NCBI GenBank assembly: GCA_963753575.1
Contig: CAVWCR010000005.1
Span: 397,547 to 461,546 of the forward strand
Length of the DNA stretch: 64,000 nt
From: an uncultured Alphaproteobacteria bacterium
Lineage (GTDB): Bacteria > Pseudomonadota > Alphaproteobacteria > Rhizobiales > Xanthobacteraceae
Reading direction: 5' to 3'
A program made the position numbers and the translations under genes. Shown here piece after piece: positions 44,483 through 53,889 of this stretch. Positions within the stretch are counted from its first letter, which is position 1. Each line of letters opens with the position of its first letter. The notes beneath the pieces are model-generated. The model saw nothing but the letters and a program-made list of their open reading frames with translations. It was not told the DNA's origin and ran no database searches.

Positions 44483-45514
44483 TTACGGCTTGATCACAGC
44501 CTTGGCGCGCTGGACGAACTCCTTCGGGGTGGCATAGAGCTTCGTGATCAGCTCCTGCACCTTTGCGCCGGAAAGCGGCGTGATCGAAATCTTTGACTTG
44601 TTCGCGTCGGCCAGGAAGGCCTCGTCTTTCATAGTGGCATCGAAGGCTGTGCGCAGGATGCCGAGCGCTTCTGCGGGAGTCTCCGGCGGCGCGATGTAGG
44701 AGCGCTGGAACACCTGCTGGCTCAGCACCAGCTCGGCTACCTTGCGGTCGCTCTCCTTGGTCACAAACTTCCAGATGTGGGGTACGCCCCGTTCGCTCAG
44801 CTCGTCGAGCGGCTCGAGGCTGGCCTGCACCAGGATGTTGAGCTTCTTGTCTTTGATCCAGCCGCTCTTTTGCGACTTCACGCTCGACCAGTCCCAGCCG
44901 CACATGCCGTCGACCTCGCCACGCTCCATCGCGAGCGCGATGTCGACGGTGCCCTTGTAGCCGGAAACGACCTCGAACTTGGTGCCGGCTGTATGGTTGT
45001 GCAGGTAAGCGTAGTCGCGGGTGGCGCCGCCGGCAGAGCTCGCGCCCAGCACCGCCTTCTGCCGCTGCGCGTCCTCGAAGGTCTTGATCTTGGAGGTGGC
45101 GTAGGTCACGCACACGCGCACGCCGGAGTCGGCGGTGCCGATATATTTGACCTTGTTCGGATCGAACTGCTGGCCGGGCTTGTCGTCGAGCAAGGGGCCG
45201 ATAATGGCGCCCGGCATCATGGCGCCGATCGACGTGCCATCCTTGGGCGCGACCGTGCTGATGTAGATGCCGGCGCGGGTCGACCCGGCGCCCGGCATGT
45301 TCTTCACCACGATCGTCGGGCTGCCCGGGATGTGATGAGCGAGATGGCGGGCGACGGTGCGGGCGTAGATGTCATACCCGCCGCCGGCATCGCCGCCGAC
45401 GATGAGCTCCAGGGTCTTGCCGGCGAAGTAGTCGGCGGCGTGCGCGGGCGCTGCCGCGAGCATGGCGCTGGCGGCTGCAGCGAGCAGGCCGGCTGTTCTG
45501 GTGACGACTGACAT
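44483..45514 (-). CDS. Bug/TctC-like periplasmic solute-binding protein, divergent subgroup
   Basis: Signal peptide, ADYFAGKTLELIVGGDAGGGYDIYARTVARHL..HIPGSPTIVVKNMPGAGS..PKDGTSIG. Same motif order as TctC (GGG.D...R / N.PGAG / DG.T). Confidence 0.8.
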   Translation of the reverse strand: MSVVTRTAGLLAAAASAMLAAAPAHAADYFAGKTLELIVGGDAGGGYDIYARTVARHLAHHIPGSPTIVVKNMPGAGSTRAGIYISTVAPKDGTSIGAMMPGAIIGPLLDDKPGQQFDPNKVKYIGTADSGVRVCVTYATSKIKTFEDAQRQKAVLGASSAGGATRDYAYLHNHTAGTKFEVVSGYKGTVDIALAMERGEVDGMCGWDWSSVKSQKSGWIKDKKLNILVQASLEPLDELSERGVPHIWKFVTKESDRKVAELVLSQQVFQRSYIAPPETPAEALGILRTAFDATMKDEAFLADANKSKISITPLSGAKVQELITKLYATPKEFVQRAKAVIKP

Positions 45515-45609
45515 CGAGATCTCCGCTTTGCCTTCCGACGATGCGCTGTGCGCTCAATAGAAAAATGCTAGGTCATCCGCGCGCCGCGGACAACCATGCA
45601 GGGACGTTG

Positions 45610-46635
45610 CTACGGCCGGATCGCGGCCCGCGCCTGCTCGACGATCGACTTCGGGGTGTCGTAGAGCTTCTTGATCAGGCCCTGCACGGTTGCGCCCGGC
45701 AGCGGCGAGATGTCGATGCGCATCTTCTTGGCATCCGCAAGATATTCAGGATCGCGCATGGTGGCGTCGAATGCGGTGCGCAACGTGGTCACGAGCTCCG
45801 GCGGCGTTCCGGTCGCAATGAAATAGGGGCGGGTGAAAGCCTGCTGGCTCACCACCATGAGGTGGACTTGGCGGGCGTTATCGTCCCTCATGTAGGACCA
45901 GATCTGCGGCACGCCCATCTTGGTCAGCTCTTCGCTCTCGCTCGGACCGAGCTGCGCCAGAATGTGGATCTTGCCCTCGCGGATCCACTCGGGCTTCTGC
46001 GCCTTCGCGCTCGACCAGTCCCAGCCGCAGACGCCGTCGATCTCGCCGCGCTCCATGGCGAGCGCGAGGTCGAGCGTGCCCTTGTAGCCGGCGACGACGT
46101 CGATCTGCGCATTGGTGGTGCGCTTGATCAGATAGGCGTAGTCGTGCACCGCGTCGCCTCTTGATACGCCGCCAAGCTTGGTCTTGTGGGTCAGCGCGTC
46201 CTTGAAGGTCTTGGTCTTGGAGTTGCCATAGGTCGCGCAGATCCGCGGCCCCGCATTGGCCGTTCCCAGATAGGTCACCTGCATCGGATTGAATATGCCG
46301 CCAGGCCTGTCGTCGAGCAGCGGCCCGATGATGGCGCCGGGCGTGACCGCGCCGATCGTGAGGCCGTCCTTGGGCGCGATCGCCTGCACGTGATGGCCGG
46401 CCTTGGTGCTGCCGGCGCCCGGCATGTTCTTGACCACGATGGTGGGATTGCCGGGAATGTTGTGCCCGAGATGGCGCCCGAGCGTGCGGGCGTAAATGTC
46501 GAAGCCGCCGCCTGGATAATTGCCGACCACGAGATCGACCGTTTTGCCGGCGTAGTAGTCGGCCGCCTGTGCGGGAGCAATTGAAAGCGCGACGGCCGCG
46601 ATAGCGAGACCGACGAGCGCTGGCTTGCAAGACAT
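45610..46635 (-). CDS. Bug/TctC-like periplasmic solute-binding protein, divergent subgroup
   Basis: ADYYAGKTVDLVVGNYPGGGFDIYARTLGRHL..NIPGNPTIVVKNMPGAGS. Paralogue of 44483-45514. Confidence 0.8.
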   Translation of the reverse strand: MSCKPALVGLAIAAVALSIAPAQAADYYAGKTVDLVVGNYPGGGFDIYARTLGRHLGHNIPGNPTIVVKNMPGAGSTKAGHHVQAIAPKDGLTIGAVTPGAIIGPLLDDRPGGIFNPMQVTYLGTANAGPRICATYGNSKTKTFKDALTHKTKLGGVSRGDAVHDYAYLIKRTTNAQIDVVAGYKGTLDLALAMERGEIDGVCGWDWSSAKAQKPEWIREGKIHILAQLGPSESEELTKMGVPQIWSYMRDDNARQVHLMVVSQQAFTRPYFIATGTPPELVTTLRTAFDATMRDPEYLADAKKMRIDISPLPGATVQGLIKKLYDTPKSIVEQARAAIRP

Positions 46636-46799
46636 CGTGTTTCCTCCAGGGCCTTCCCTTGGTCCTAACTGTGGGCCTGGAGGCTAGGTTATTCTTCCGC
46701 GACGCACAACCAACCGCCCCTTGCGGCGGTCGGTCGCGGAGTCGGTCGTTTAAGCATGAATTTCATCCGGAGACTGACACTCACTTTCGGGACCACGCT

Positions 46800-47417
46800 C
46801 TACGTCTCGTTTACGCTGGTCTGCCAGTTCTTCTGATGCAACGGCAGCGTGCCGCTGCCGCTCGTAAACGCCCGGTGATCGAGCACGGGCAGCACCATCT
46901 CGAAGGTCAGGGGCTTCGGCAGCTTCTGGCGCAGCCGGGTCACGAGGCCGAGTTCGTCGCTGAGCGCGGTCTGGAACGTCAGCGTGAATTGATAAAGGCC
47001 TTCCTTGTCGACGATCTGCATCACCTGCTCGTCGCGCCGCGCGTGGAACAGGATCGTCTCGGTGTAGCTCGATCGGCCCGCGATCACGATCGGTGCAAAG
47101 GGGCGGAAATCTCCGGTGCGGCCCTTCTCGGTGCTCCATTGGCCGAAGTCCGCGCTGTAAAACTGTTTGGTCAAATTGCGCTCGGGCGACCTCACCACGA
47201 GGTCCATGGACATGATCGTGCCGGTGCGCGCGCCCTCGTTGGTCATCGTCAGCGGGATCGCGAACACCTCGAAGTTGCTGTTCTGATAGGGCGACGCATA
47301 GCGGATGACCGGCGCCACAAAGCCCTTGAGCGTCGCCCGCTTGAGCGTCGTCTGCCACAGGCTGTAGACGGAGACCACGACTGCGGTGCCGGAACCGATA
47401 TCGGACAATAGGCTCAT
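46800..47417 (-). CDS. Membrane-anchored protein of unknown function (205 aa)
   Basis: N-terminal TM (GSGTAVVVSVYSLW) then a beta-rich domain. Host-like G/C third-position bias over the whole ORF. No family recognised. Confidence 0.55.
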   Translation of the reverse strand: MSLLSDIGSGTAVVVSVYSLWQTTLKRATLKGFVAPVIRYASPYQNSNFEVFAIPLTMTNEGARTGTIMSMDLVVRSPERNLTKQFYSADFGQWSTEKGRTGDFRPFAPIVIAGRSSYTETILFHARRDEQVMQIVDKEGLYQFTLTFQTALSDELGLVTRLRQKLPKPLTFEMVLPVLDHRAFTSGSGTLPLHQKNWQTSVNET

Positions 47418-47511
47418 GATGCTCGCCCCCCAACGTTACGAGGCCGTCTATAAAGACGGCGACTGTGGCGAGGACGTAAATCGTTGGCGCGGATTGTTCT
47501 CGCTGAGTTGG

Positions 47512-47533
47512 GTCCCCGCCAAGAGCGGGGACC
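47512..47533. repeat. Solo REP-type hairpin GGTCCCCGC-CAAGA-GCGGGGACC
   Basis: Same GTCCCCGC/GCGGGGAC stem as in the arms of 19499-19694 and 39108-39281. Confidence 0.5.
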
Positions 47534-47568
47534 GCGATGCTGCGCCCCGCGCGTGCGCGCCAGGACCG

Positions 47569-48597
47569 TCAGGGATTGATCGCCTTACGCGCCAGCCCGA
47601 CGATTTCCTTCGGCGATGCATAGAGGTTGGTCACTACCTCCTGCACCTTGGCGCCCGAGAGCGGAGCGACATCGATGCGCATCTTCTGTGCATCGGCCAG
47701 GAATTGCGGGTCCTTCATGGTCGCGTCGAAGGCGCTGCGCAGAATCCCGAGCGGCTCCGGCGGCGTTTCTGGTGGCGCGATGAAAGAGCGGTGGAACACC
47801 TGCTGGCTCACGATGAACTCGACGACTTTGCGCGTCTGTTCGTTGCCGTAGTATTTGGACACGTGCGGGACGCCCAAGCGGGTAAGCTCTTCGTTCGGCT
47901 CGATGGAGTCCTGCACCAGCACGTGAATGATCTTGTCGCTCACCCACTTTGGTCGCTGCGACTTGAGGCTTGCCCAGTCGAAACCGCAGTAACCGTCGAT
48001 CTCGCCGCGCTCGAGCGCCAACGCGAGATCGGCCGTGCCCTTGTAGCCGGTGACCATGTTGTAGATCGCGCCCGTTGTCTTCTTGTGCATGTAGCCGTAG
48101 TCGCGCGTCGAATCGTTGGTCGAGACGCCGCCGAAGACCGCCTTCTGCGTGCGCGTGTCCTCGAACGTCTTGACCTTGGATTCCCATCTCGACACGCACA
48201 CGCGCGTGCCGTTGTTGACGTTGCCGAGGTAGCGAACCTTGGTCGGATCGAACAGGGTGTCCGCCTTGGGGTCGAGCAGCGGGCCGATCACCGCACCCGG
48301 CATGATGTTGGCGATGACGGTGCCGTCTTTGGGCGCGATCGAGCTGACGAAGCCAGCCGCCCGTGCACTGCCGGCGCCCGGCATGTTCTTCGGAACGATA
48401 TTGGGATTGCCGGGGATGTGCCGACCAAGATGGCGCGCCACCGCCCGCCCGTAGATGTCATAGCCGCCGCCGGGTGGGGCGCCGATCAGGAGATCGATCG
48501 ACTTGCCGGCGTAATAGTCAGCCGCGGCGGCGGGCGTTGCCGCCGCCACCAGCGCAGCGGCGGCAAGCGCAGCCAGGACGGGTTTCTTCGGGATCAT
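47569..48597 (-). CDS. Bug/TctC-like periplasmic solute-binding protein, divergent subgroup
   Basis: ADYYAGKSIDLLIGAPPGGGYDIYGRAVARHL..HIPGNPNIVPKNMPGAGS. Third tandem-region paralogue. Confidence 0.8.
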   Translation of the reverse strand: MIPKKPVLAALAAAALVAAATPAAAADYYAGKSIDLLIGAPPGGGYDIYGRAVARHLGRHIPGNPNIVPKNMPGAGSARAAGFVSSIAPKDGTVIANIMPGAVIGPLLDPKADTLFDPTKVRYLGNVNNGTRVCVSRWESKVKTFEDTRTQKAVFGGVSTNDSTRDYGYMHKKTTGAIYNMVTGYKGTADLALALERGEIDGYCGFDWASLKSQRPKWVSDKIIHVLVQDSIEPNEELTRLGVPHVSKYYGNEQTRKVVEFIVSQQVFHRSFIAPPETPPEPLGILRSAFDATMKDPQFLADAQKMRIDVAPLSGAKVQEVVTNLYASPKEIVGLARKAINP

Positions 48598-48713
48598 CGT
48601 TGCCTCCGCTATGGACGGGTTGCCTAGAGGCTAAGTCATTCGACCACCGAGGACAACTACATCGGGAAAGCGGCCTTAGGCCGCCGGATCGCGCCTGATC
48701 GCTGGCTGCGGCA

Positions 48714-48953
48714 TCAGCCGATGCCCGCGAACTGCGAACGAAACACGGCCTTGATGTGGGCGAGCCGGGCGCTGAGCTGGCTTGCGATGTCTGCGTTGCC
48801 GAGGCGGCCCGCCAGTCCGATCGCATCGTGCAGCGCCTCCTTGGCGTCGCTATAGCGGGCCGCCGCCTCGGTCGGGTTGATGCTGTCATACATCCGGGCA
48901 TAGGCCGCCTCGGCCTGCGCCCTGAGCGTTTGCAACCGGTCGTCATCGCTCAT
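48714..48953 (-). CDS. Small helical protein of unknown function (79 aa)
   Basis: MSDDDRLQTLRAQAEAAYARMYDSINPTEAAARYSDAKEALHDAI.... Coding-like bias, AGGAA SD. No family recognised. Confidence 0.5.
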   Translation of the reverse strand: MSDDDRLQTLRAQAEAAYARMYDSINPTEAAARYSDAKEALHDAIGLAGRLGNADIASQLSARLAHIKAVFRSQFAGIG

Positions 48954-49025
48954 CGCCGCGGTTCCTGTTCACTCGCCGTCATTCGCATCTTCTTCTGTCG
49001 TAGTTCGGTCTCTGCCCGCAATGTC

Positions 49026-50654
49026 TCATACCGCCTTCGCCAGCTCGCGTAGCTTGAATTTCTGAATTTTCCCCGTGCTCGTCTTCGGCAATTCGGTGAA
49101 CACGATGTAACGCGGGCATTTGAAGCTCGCGAGGTTCTTGCGGCACCAGGCCACGAGCTCGTCGGCGCTCGCTTCGTGCCCCGGCTTGAGCTCCACGAAG
49201 GCGCAGGGCGTCTCGCCCCACTTGTTGTCAGGCTTCGCCACCACCGCGGCGGCCTGCACCGCCGGGTGCTTGTAGAGCGCATCCTCCACCTCGATCGAGG
49301 AAATGTTCTCGCCGCCCGAGATGATGATGTCCTTGGAGCGGTCCTTGAGCTGGATATAGCCGTCGGGATGCATCACGCCGAGGTCGCCGGAGTGGAACCA
49401 GCCGCCCGCAAACGCGCTCGCGCTCGCGTGTTTGTTCTTGAGATAGCCCTTCATCACCACGTTGCCGCGGAACATCACCTCGCCCATGGTCTCGCCGTCG
49501 CGCGGCACAGGTCGCATGGTGGCGGGATCGATGATGTCGAGCCCTTCGAGCACCGGGTAGCGCACGCCCTGGCGTGCCTTCCTGGCGGCCTGCTCGGCCG
49601 GGCCGAGCGCATTCCAATCAAGGTGCCAGTCGTTGACCACGGCCGGGCCATAGGTTTCGGTGAGCCCGTAAAGGTGGGTGACGTTGAAGCCCGCATCCTT
49701 CATGGCGGCGAGCACCGCCACTGGCGGCGGCGCTGCGGCGGTGAAGAACTCGACCGTGTGCGGCAGTGGCTTCTTCTCAGCCGCGGGCGCGTTGAGGAGC
49801 GTCGCCATCACGATCGGCGCACCGCACAGATGCGTGACCTTGTGGGTCGCGATCGCATCATACATCGCGGTCGCCCGCACCTGGCGCAGGCATACATGCG
49901 TGCCTGCCAGCACCGAGATCGACCACGTGAAGCACCAGCCGTTGCAATGAAACATCGGCAGCGTCCAGAGATAGACCGGATGCTTGGCCATCCCGCAGGT
50001 GACCACGTTGCCGACCGCGAGCAGATAGGCGCCGCGATGATGGTAGACCACGCCCTTGGGGTCGCCGGTGGTGCCGGACGTGTAGTTGAGCGAGATCGCG
50101 TCCCATTCGTCGTCCGGCATCGGCCAGGCGAAGCGCGCGTCGCCTTCGCTCAGAAAGTCCTCGTATTCGATCGCGCCGATGCGATCACCGCCGCCCGCGA
50201 ACTCGGGGTCGTCGTAGTCGATGACGAGCGGCTTGGCCTTCGCCAGCGCCAGCGCTTCTTTCATGACATTGGAGAACTCGCGGTCGACGATCACCACTTT
50301 GGCGTCGGCATGATCGAGCGAGAATGCAATGATCGAGGCATCGAGCCTGGTGTTGAGCGTGTTGAGCACGCCACGCGACATCGGCACGCCGTAGTGGGCT
50401 TCGAGCATCGCGGGCGTATTGGCAAGCAGTACCGAGACCGTGTCGCCGGGTCCGATGCCGCGTTTGGCCAACGCCGAGGCGAGCTGCCGGGTGCGGGCGT
50501 AGAACGCGGCGTAGCTGCGCTTGAGCTTGCCATGGATGATGGCGGTGTGGTCCGGATAGACCGCCGCGGCCCGCTCCAGGAGCGTCAGCGGCGTCAGCGG
50601 CTGGAAGTTTGCCGGATTGCGGTCAAGGTCGGTGTCGTACGGGGTCAGCGCCAT
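49026..50654 (-). CDS. AMP-dependent acyl-CoA synthetase/ligase
   Basis: 542 aa. LNYTSGTTGDPKGV (AMP motif), YGLTET, SGDLGV, IISGGENISSIEVE, PKTSTGKIQKF. Confidence 0.9.
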   Translation of the reverse strand: MALTPYDTDLDRNPANFQPLTPLTLLERAAAVYPDHTAIIHGKLKRSYAAFYARTRQLASALAKRGIGPGDTVSVLLANTPAMLEAHYGVPMSRGVLNTLNTRLDASIIAFSLDHADAKVVIVDREFSNVMKEALALAKAKPLVIDYDDPEFAGGGDRIGAIEYEDFLSEGDARFAWPMPDDEWDAISLNYTSGTTGDPKGVVYHHRGAYLLAVGNVVTCGMAKHPVYLWTLPMFHCNGWCFTWSISVLAGTHVCLRQVRATAMYDAIATHKVTHLCGAPIVMATLLNAPAAEKKPLPHTVEFFTAAAPPPVAVLAAMKDAGFNVTHLYGLTETYGPAVVNDWHLDWNALGPAEQAARKARQGVRYPVLEGLDIIDPATMRPVPRDGETMGEVMFRGNVVMKGYLKNKHASASAFAGGWFHSGDLGVMHPDGYIQLKDRSKDIIISGGENISSIEVEDALYKHPAVQAAAVVAKPDNKWGETPCAFVELKPGHEASADELVAWCRKNLASFKCPRYIVFTELPKTSTGKIQKFKLRELAKAV

Positions 50655-50755
50655 AGCTCCCTCCCTCGACGGCTCCCTCGTCGGTCCCAGCGCGACCAGC
50701 CTAGCGAAATAGATGGTGACGGATCAATTGCCGCTTTTGCCGCTCCGATGCGCCC

Positions 50756-51517
50756 CTATCCGCGCAGCACAGAGGTCAGCCCGCTGCGCACCAGTTCGGC
50801 CGAGATCAGAAACATCAGCACATAGGCGATTTTGTAGAACAGCTCGGTTGGCGTGCGGCGAACCAGCCAGATCCCGAGAAAATTGGTAGCGATCGCGAAC
50901 GGCAATAGCAGGGCCGAGGTGGCGATGTTCTCGCTGGTGAACTGGCCGAGCGCGAAGTACGGCAGGATCTTCATCCAGTTCACCAGCGCAAAGAAGATCA
51001 TGTTGGTGCCGACGAGCGTAAGCTTGTGCAGCTTCTGCGGCAGCATGTGCACCTGGAAGGGGGGCGCGCCGGCCTGCGCCAGCGTCGAGGTGAAGCCCGA
51101 GAGCGCGCCCCAGAACACGCCGCTTGCTGCGCTCGGCCGGCGTGCCTGCGCGGGCATGCGTCCGAACCAGGCGTAGAGGACGAACGTCACGCCGATCAGT
51201 CCGACCAGAAGCCGCACGTGCGCATCGGAAACCTGCGAGGCAAGAAGCCCCGCGATCGCCACACCGAACACCGAGCCGATCAGCAGCACCTTGAGGTTCC
51301 AGGCGTCCCAGTCGCGCCGGTAGACCCAGACCGAGATCACGTCCTGGACGATCAGGATCGGCAGCAGGATCGCTGCAGCCTGCAGCGGCGGCAGCACCAG
51401 CGCCAAGAGCGGGGCTGAGATCATTCCCACACCCGCAAACCCGCCCTTGCCAAGGCCAAGCAGCGTCACCGCCGGAATGGCGAGCAGATAGAACAGCGGA
51501 TCGGTGACGATTGTCAT
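50756..51517 (-). CDS. Sulfite exporter TauE/SafE-family membrane protein
   Basis: From internal ATG MTIVTDPLFYLLAIPAV...LGKGGFAGVGMISAPLL. About 8 TM. Typical TauE repeats. Confidence 0.85.
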   Translation of the reverse strand: MTIVTDPLFYLLAIPAVTLLGLGKGGFAGVGMISAPLLALVLPPLQAAAILLPILIVQDVISVWVYRRDWDAWNLKVLLIGSVFGVAIAGLLASQVSDAHVRLLVGLIGVTFVLYAWFGRMPAQARRPSAASGVFWGALSGFTSTLAQAGAPPFQVHMLPQKLHKLTLVGTNMIFFALVNWMKILPYFALGQFTSENIATSALLLPFAIATNFLGIWLVRRTPTELFYKIAYVLMFLISAELVRSGLTSVLRG

Positions 51518-51753
51518 GCGGGGTGAGGTGCTGGCGCGGGGATAACAGCGCGGGCGGCGCGAGACCAGCGGTTTTACGCATGGCCGCAATGATCGGCGCG
51601 CTTGCAAAGCGCGCGCGCGGCTTCACAATGCGTCGCAACGCCAGCCTCGAACCGTCGTTCCGAGGAACGCGCCGCGACGGATGGCTGGGCCAAAGCCCTA
51701 AGACCATCCTCGGCCGCCACCGCGGGGATGACGACGAAAACCGGGAGCACGCC

Positions 51754-53670
51754 ATGGATGCCCGCACAAGCCGTTACCACGAAATCTATGCGCGCTGGCA
51801 GCGCGACCCGCAGGCGTTCTGGGGCGAGGCCGCGCGCGAGATCGACTGGTACGAGACCCCGAAAACGGTGTTCGACCCAAAGGCCGGCGTCTACGGCCGC
51901 TGGTTCCCCGATGGCGTCGTCAACACCTGCTGGAACGCCGTCGATCGGCATGTCATGCGCGGGCGTGCCGCGCAGGCGGCGCTGGTGTATGACTCCCCGC
52001 TTGCAGGCACCAGGCGCGTCATCGCCTATGATCGGCTTTGGACCGAGGTGCAGATCCTTGGCGCCATCCTGCGCGACCTCGGGGTCGAGCAGGGCGACCG
52101 TGTCATCATCTACATGCCGATGGTGCCGGAAGCGGTGTTCGCGATGCTGGCCTGCGCGCGCATCGGGGCAGTGCATTCAGTGGTGTTTGGCGGCTTTGCG
52201 GCGCGCGAGCTTGCGACCCGCATCGACGACGCCAAGCCCACGGTCATTCTCTCCGCGAGCTGCGGTCTCGAGCCCGGACGCATCGTGGCGTACAAGCCGC
52301 TGCTCGACGAGGCGATCGCGCTTGCGCAACACAAGCCCAAAGCCTGCATGATCCTGCAGCGGCCGCAGCTCGCGGCCAGCATGGTCGCGGGCCGCGACCA
52401 TGATTGGAGGACGCTGTGGGAGGAGGCGATGAACTACGCCAAGACCTCCGACTGCGTACCGCTCAAGGCAACCGATCCGCTCTACATCCTCTACACGTCG
52501 GGCACCACCGGCCGTCCCAAGGGCGTAGTGCGCGACAATGGCGGGCATCTCGTCGCGCTCAAGTGGTCGATGCAGAATCTCTACGGCGTCAATCCGGGCG
52601 AGGTGTATTGGGCGGCCTCCGACATCGGCTGGGTGGTGGGCCACAGCTACATCGTGTACGCGCCGCTGTTTCATGGCTGCACCACCATCCTCTACGAAGG
52701 CAAGCCGGTCGGCACGCCCGACGCCGGCGCGTTCTGGCGGGTCATCAGCGAGCATCGCTGCTCGACCTTGTTCACCGCGCCGACTGCGTTCCGCGCAATC
52801 AAGAAAGAGGACCCGCAGGGCAAGTTCATCGCGCAGCACGACCTCTCGCATTTCCGCGCGCTGTTTCTCGCCGGTGAGCGCGCCGATCCCGACACCGTGA
52901 TGTGGGCCGAGAACCTGCTCAAGGTGCCGGTGATCGATCACTGGTGGCAGACCGAGACCGGCTGGGCGATCGCCGGCAATCCGCTGGGATTAGGCCTTCT
53001 ACCGGTCAAGCACGGCTCGCCGACGGTTCCGATGCCAGGCTACGACGTGCGCATCGTGGATGAGCAGTGCGCGGAGCTCGGGCCCCGAAAGATGGGCTCG
53101 ATCGTAGTGAAGCTGCCGCTGCCGCCATCGTGCCTGCCGACGCTGTGGCAGCAGGACGAGCGCTTCCACGAGAGCTACCTCGCGGAGTTTCCCGGCTACT
53201 ACAAGACCGCTGACGCCGGCTTCAAGGACGAGGACGGTTATCTCTATGTGATGAGCCGCACCGACGACATCATCAACGTGGCGGGCCACAGGCTTTCGAC
53301 CGGCGGCATGGAGGAAGTCCTTGCCGCGCACCAGGACGTGGCCGAATGCGCGGTGGTCGGCGTCAAGGACGCGCTCAAGGGCGAGGTGCCGGCGGGCTTC
53401 GTGGTGCTCAAGGCCGGCGTCAACCGGCCGTCGGCGGAGATCGAGCAGGAGTGCTGCGCTCTGGTGCGCGAGAAGATCGGTCCGGTCGCCTCCTTCAAGC
53501 TCGCCATCACGGTCGCGCGGCTGCCGAAGACGCGCTCGGGCAAGATCCTGCGCGGCACCATCAAGAAGATCGCCGACGGCGATCCCTGGACCATGCCGGC
53601 GACGATCGACGATCCGGCGATCCTCGACGAGATCGGCACCGCGCTGAAAGGCCGTGGCATGGGCGGTTAG
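51754..53670 (+). CDS. prpE: Propionate-CoA ligase / acetyl-CoA-synthetase-family enzyme
   Basis: GGGAG SD, ATG 51754. YHEIYARWQRDPQAFWGEAAREIDW, YTSGTTGRPKGV, SASCGLEPGR, RLPKTRSGKILR. The SASCG.EP segment is why I favour PrpE over Acs. Subfamily call needs alignment. Confidence 0.8.
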   Translation: MDARTSRYHEIYARWQRDPQAFWGEAAREIDWYETPKTVFDPKAGVYGRWFPDGVVNTCWNAVDRHVMRGRAAQAALVYDSPLAGTRRVIAYDRLWTEVQILGAILRDLGVEQGDRVIIYMPMVPEAVFAMLACARIGAVHSVVFGGFAARELATRIDDAKPTVILSASCGLEPGRIVAYKPLLDEAIALAQHKPKACMILQRPQLAASMVAGRDHDWRTLWEEAMNYAKTSDCVPLKATDPLYILYTSGTTGRPKGVVRDNGGHLVALKWSMQNLYGVNPGEVYWAASDIGWVVGHSYIVYAPLFHGCTTILYEGKPVGTPDAGAFWRVISEHRCSTLFTAPTAFRAIKKEDPQGKFIAQHDLSHFRALFLAGERADPDTVMWAENLLKVPVIDHWWQTETGWAIAGNPLGLGLLPVKHGSPTVPMPGYDVRIVDEQCAELGPRKMGSIVVKLPLPPSCLPTLWQQDERFHESYLAEFPGYYKTADAGFKDEDGYLYVMSRTDDIINVAGHRLSTGGMEEVLAAHQDVAECAVVGVKDALKGEVPAGFVVLKAGVNRPSAEIEQECCALVREKIGPVASFKLAITVARLPKTRSGKILRGTIKKIADGDPWTMPATIDDPAILDEIGTALKGRGMGG

Positions 53671-53722
53671 CCCTCGCGGTCCTTGCACCAGCCAACGTGT
53701 CAAAGCGACAGAAGCTCGGTCG

Positions 53723-53889
53723 CTAGTGTCCCGTTTCCGAAGTTCGTGATACGTCGCAGCACACTCTGACACGAACTTCGGAAACAAAGGGGCACTAGCA
53801 ACTCTATGATTCTAGTGCCGCTTTTCGATCTGAAGTTCCTAAGCGAGTTCGCCGCAAGTGTTGTAGGAACTTGAGATCGGCGGCACTAG
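53723..53889. repeat. Third copy (inverted) of the CTAGTGCC double-hairpin element
   Basis: Module B 53723-53798, spacer CAACTCTATGATT, module A 53812-53889. Reverse complement of A has 3 mismatches in 78 nt to 42511-42588. Confidence 0.88.
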
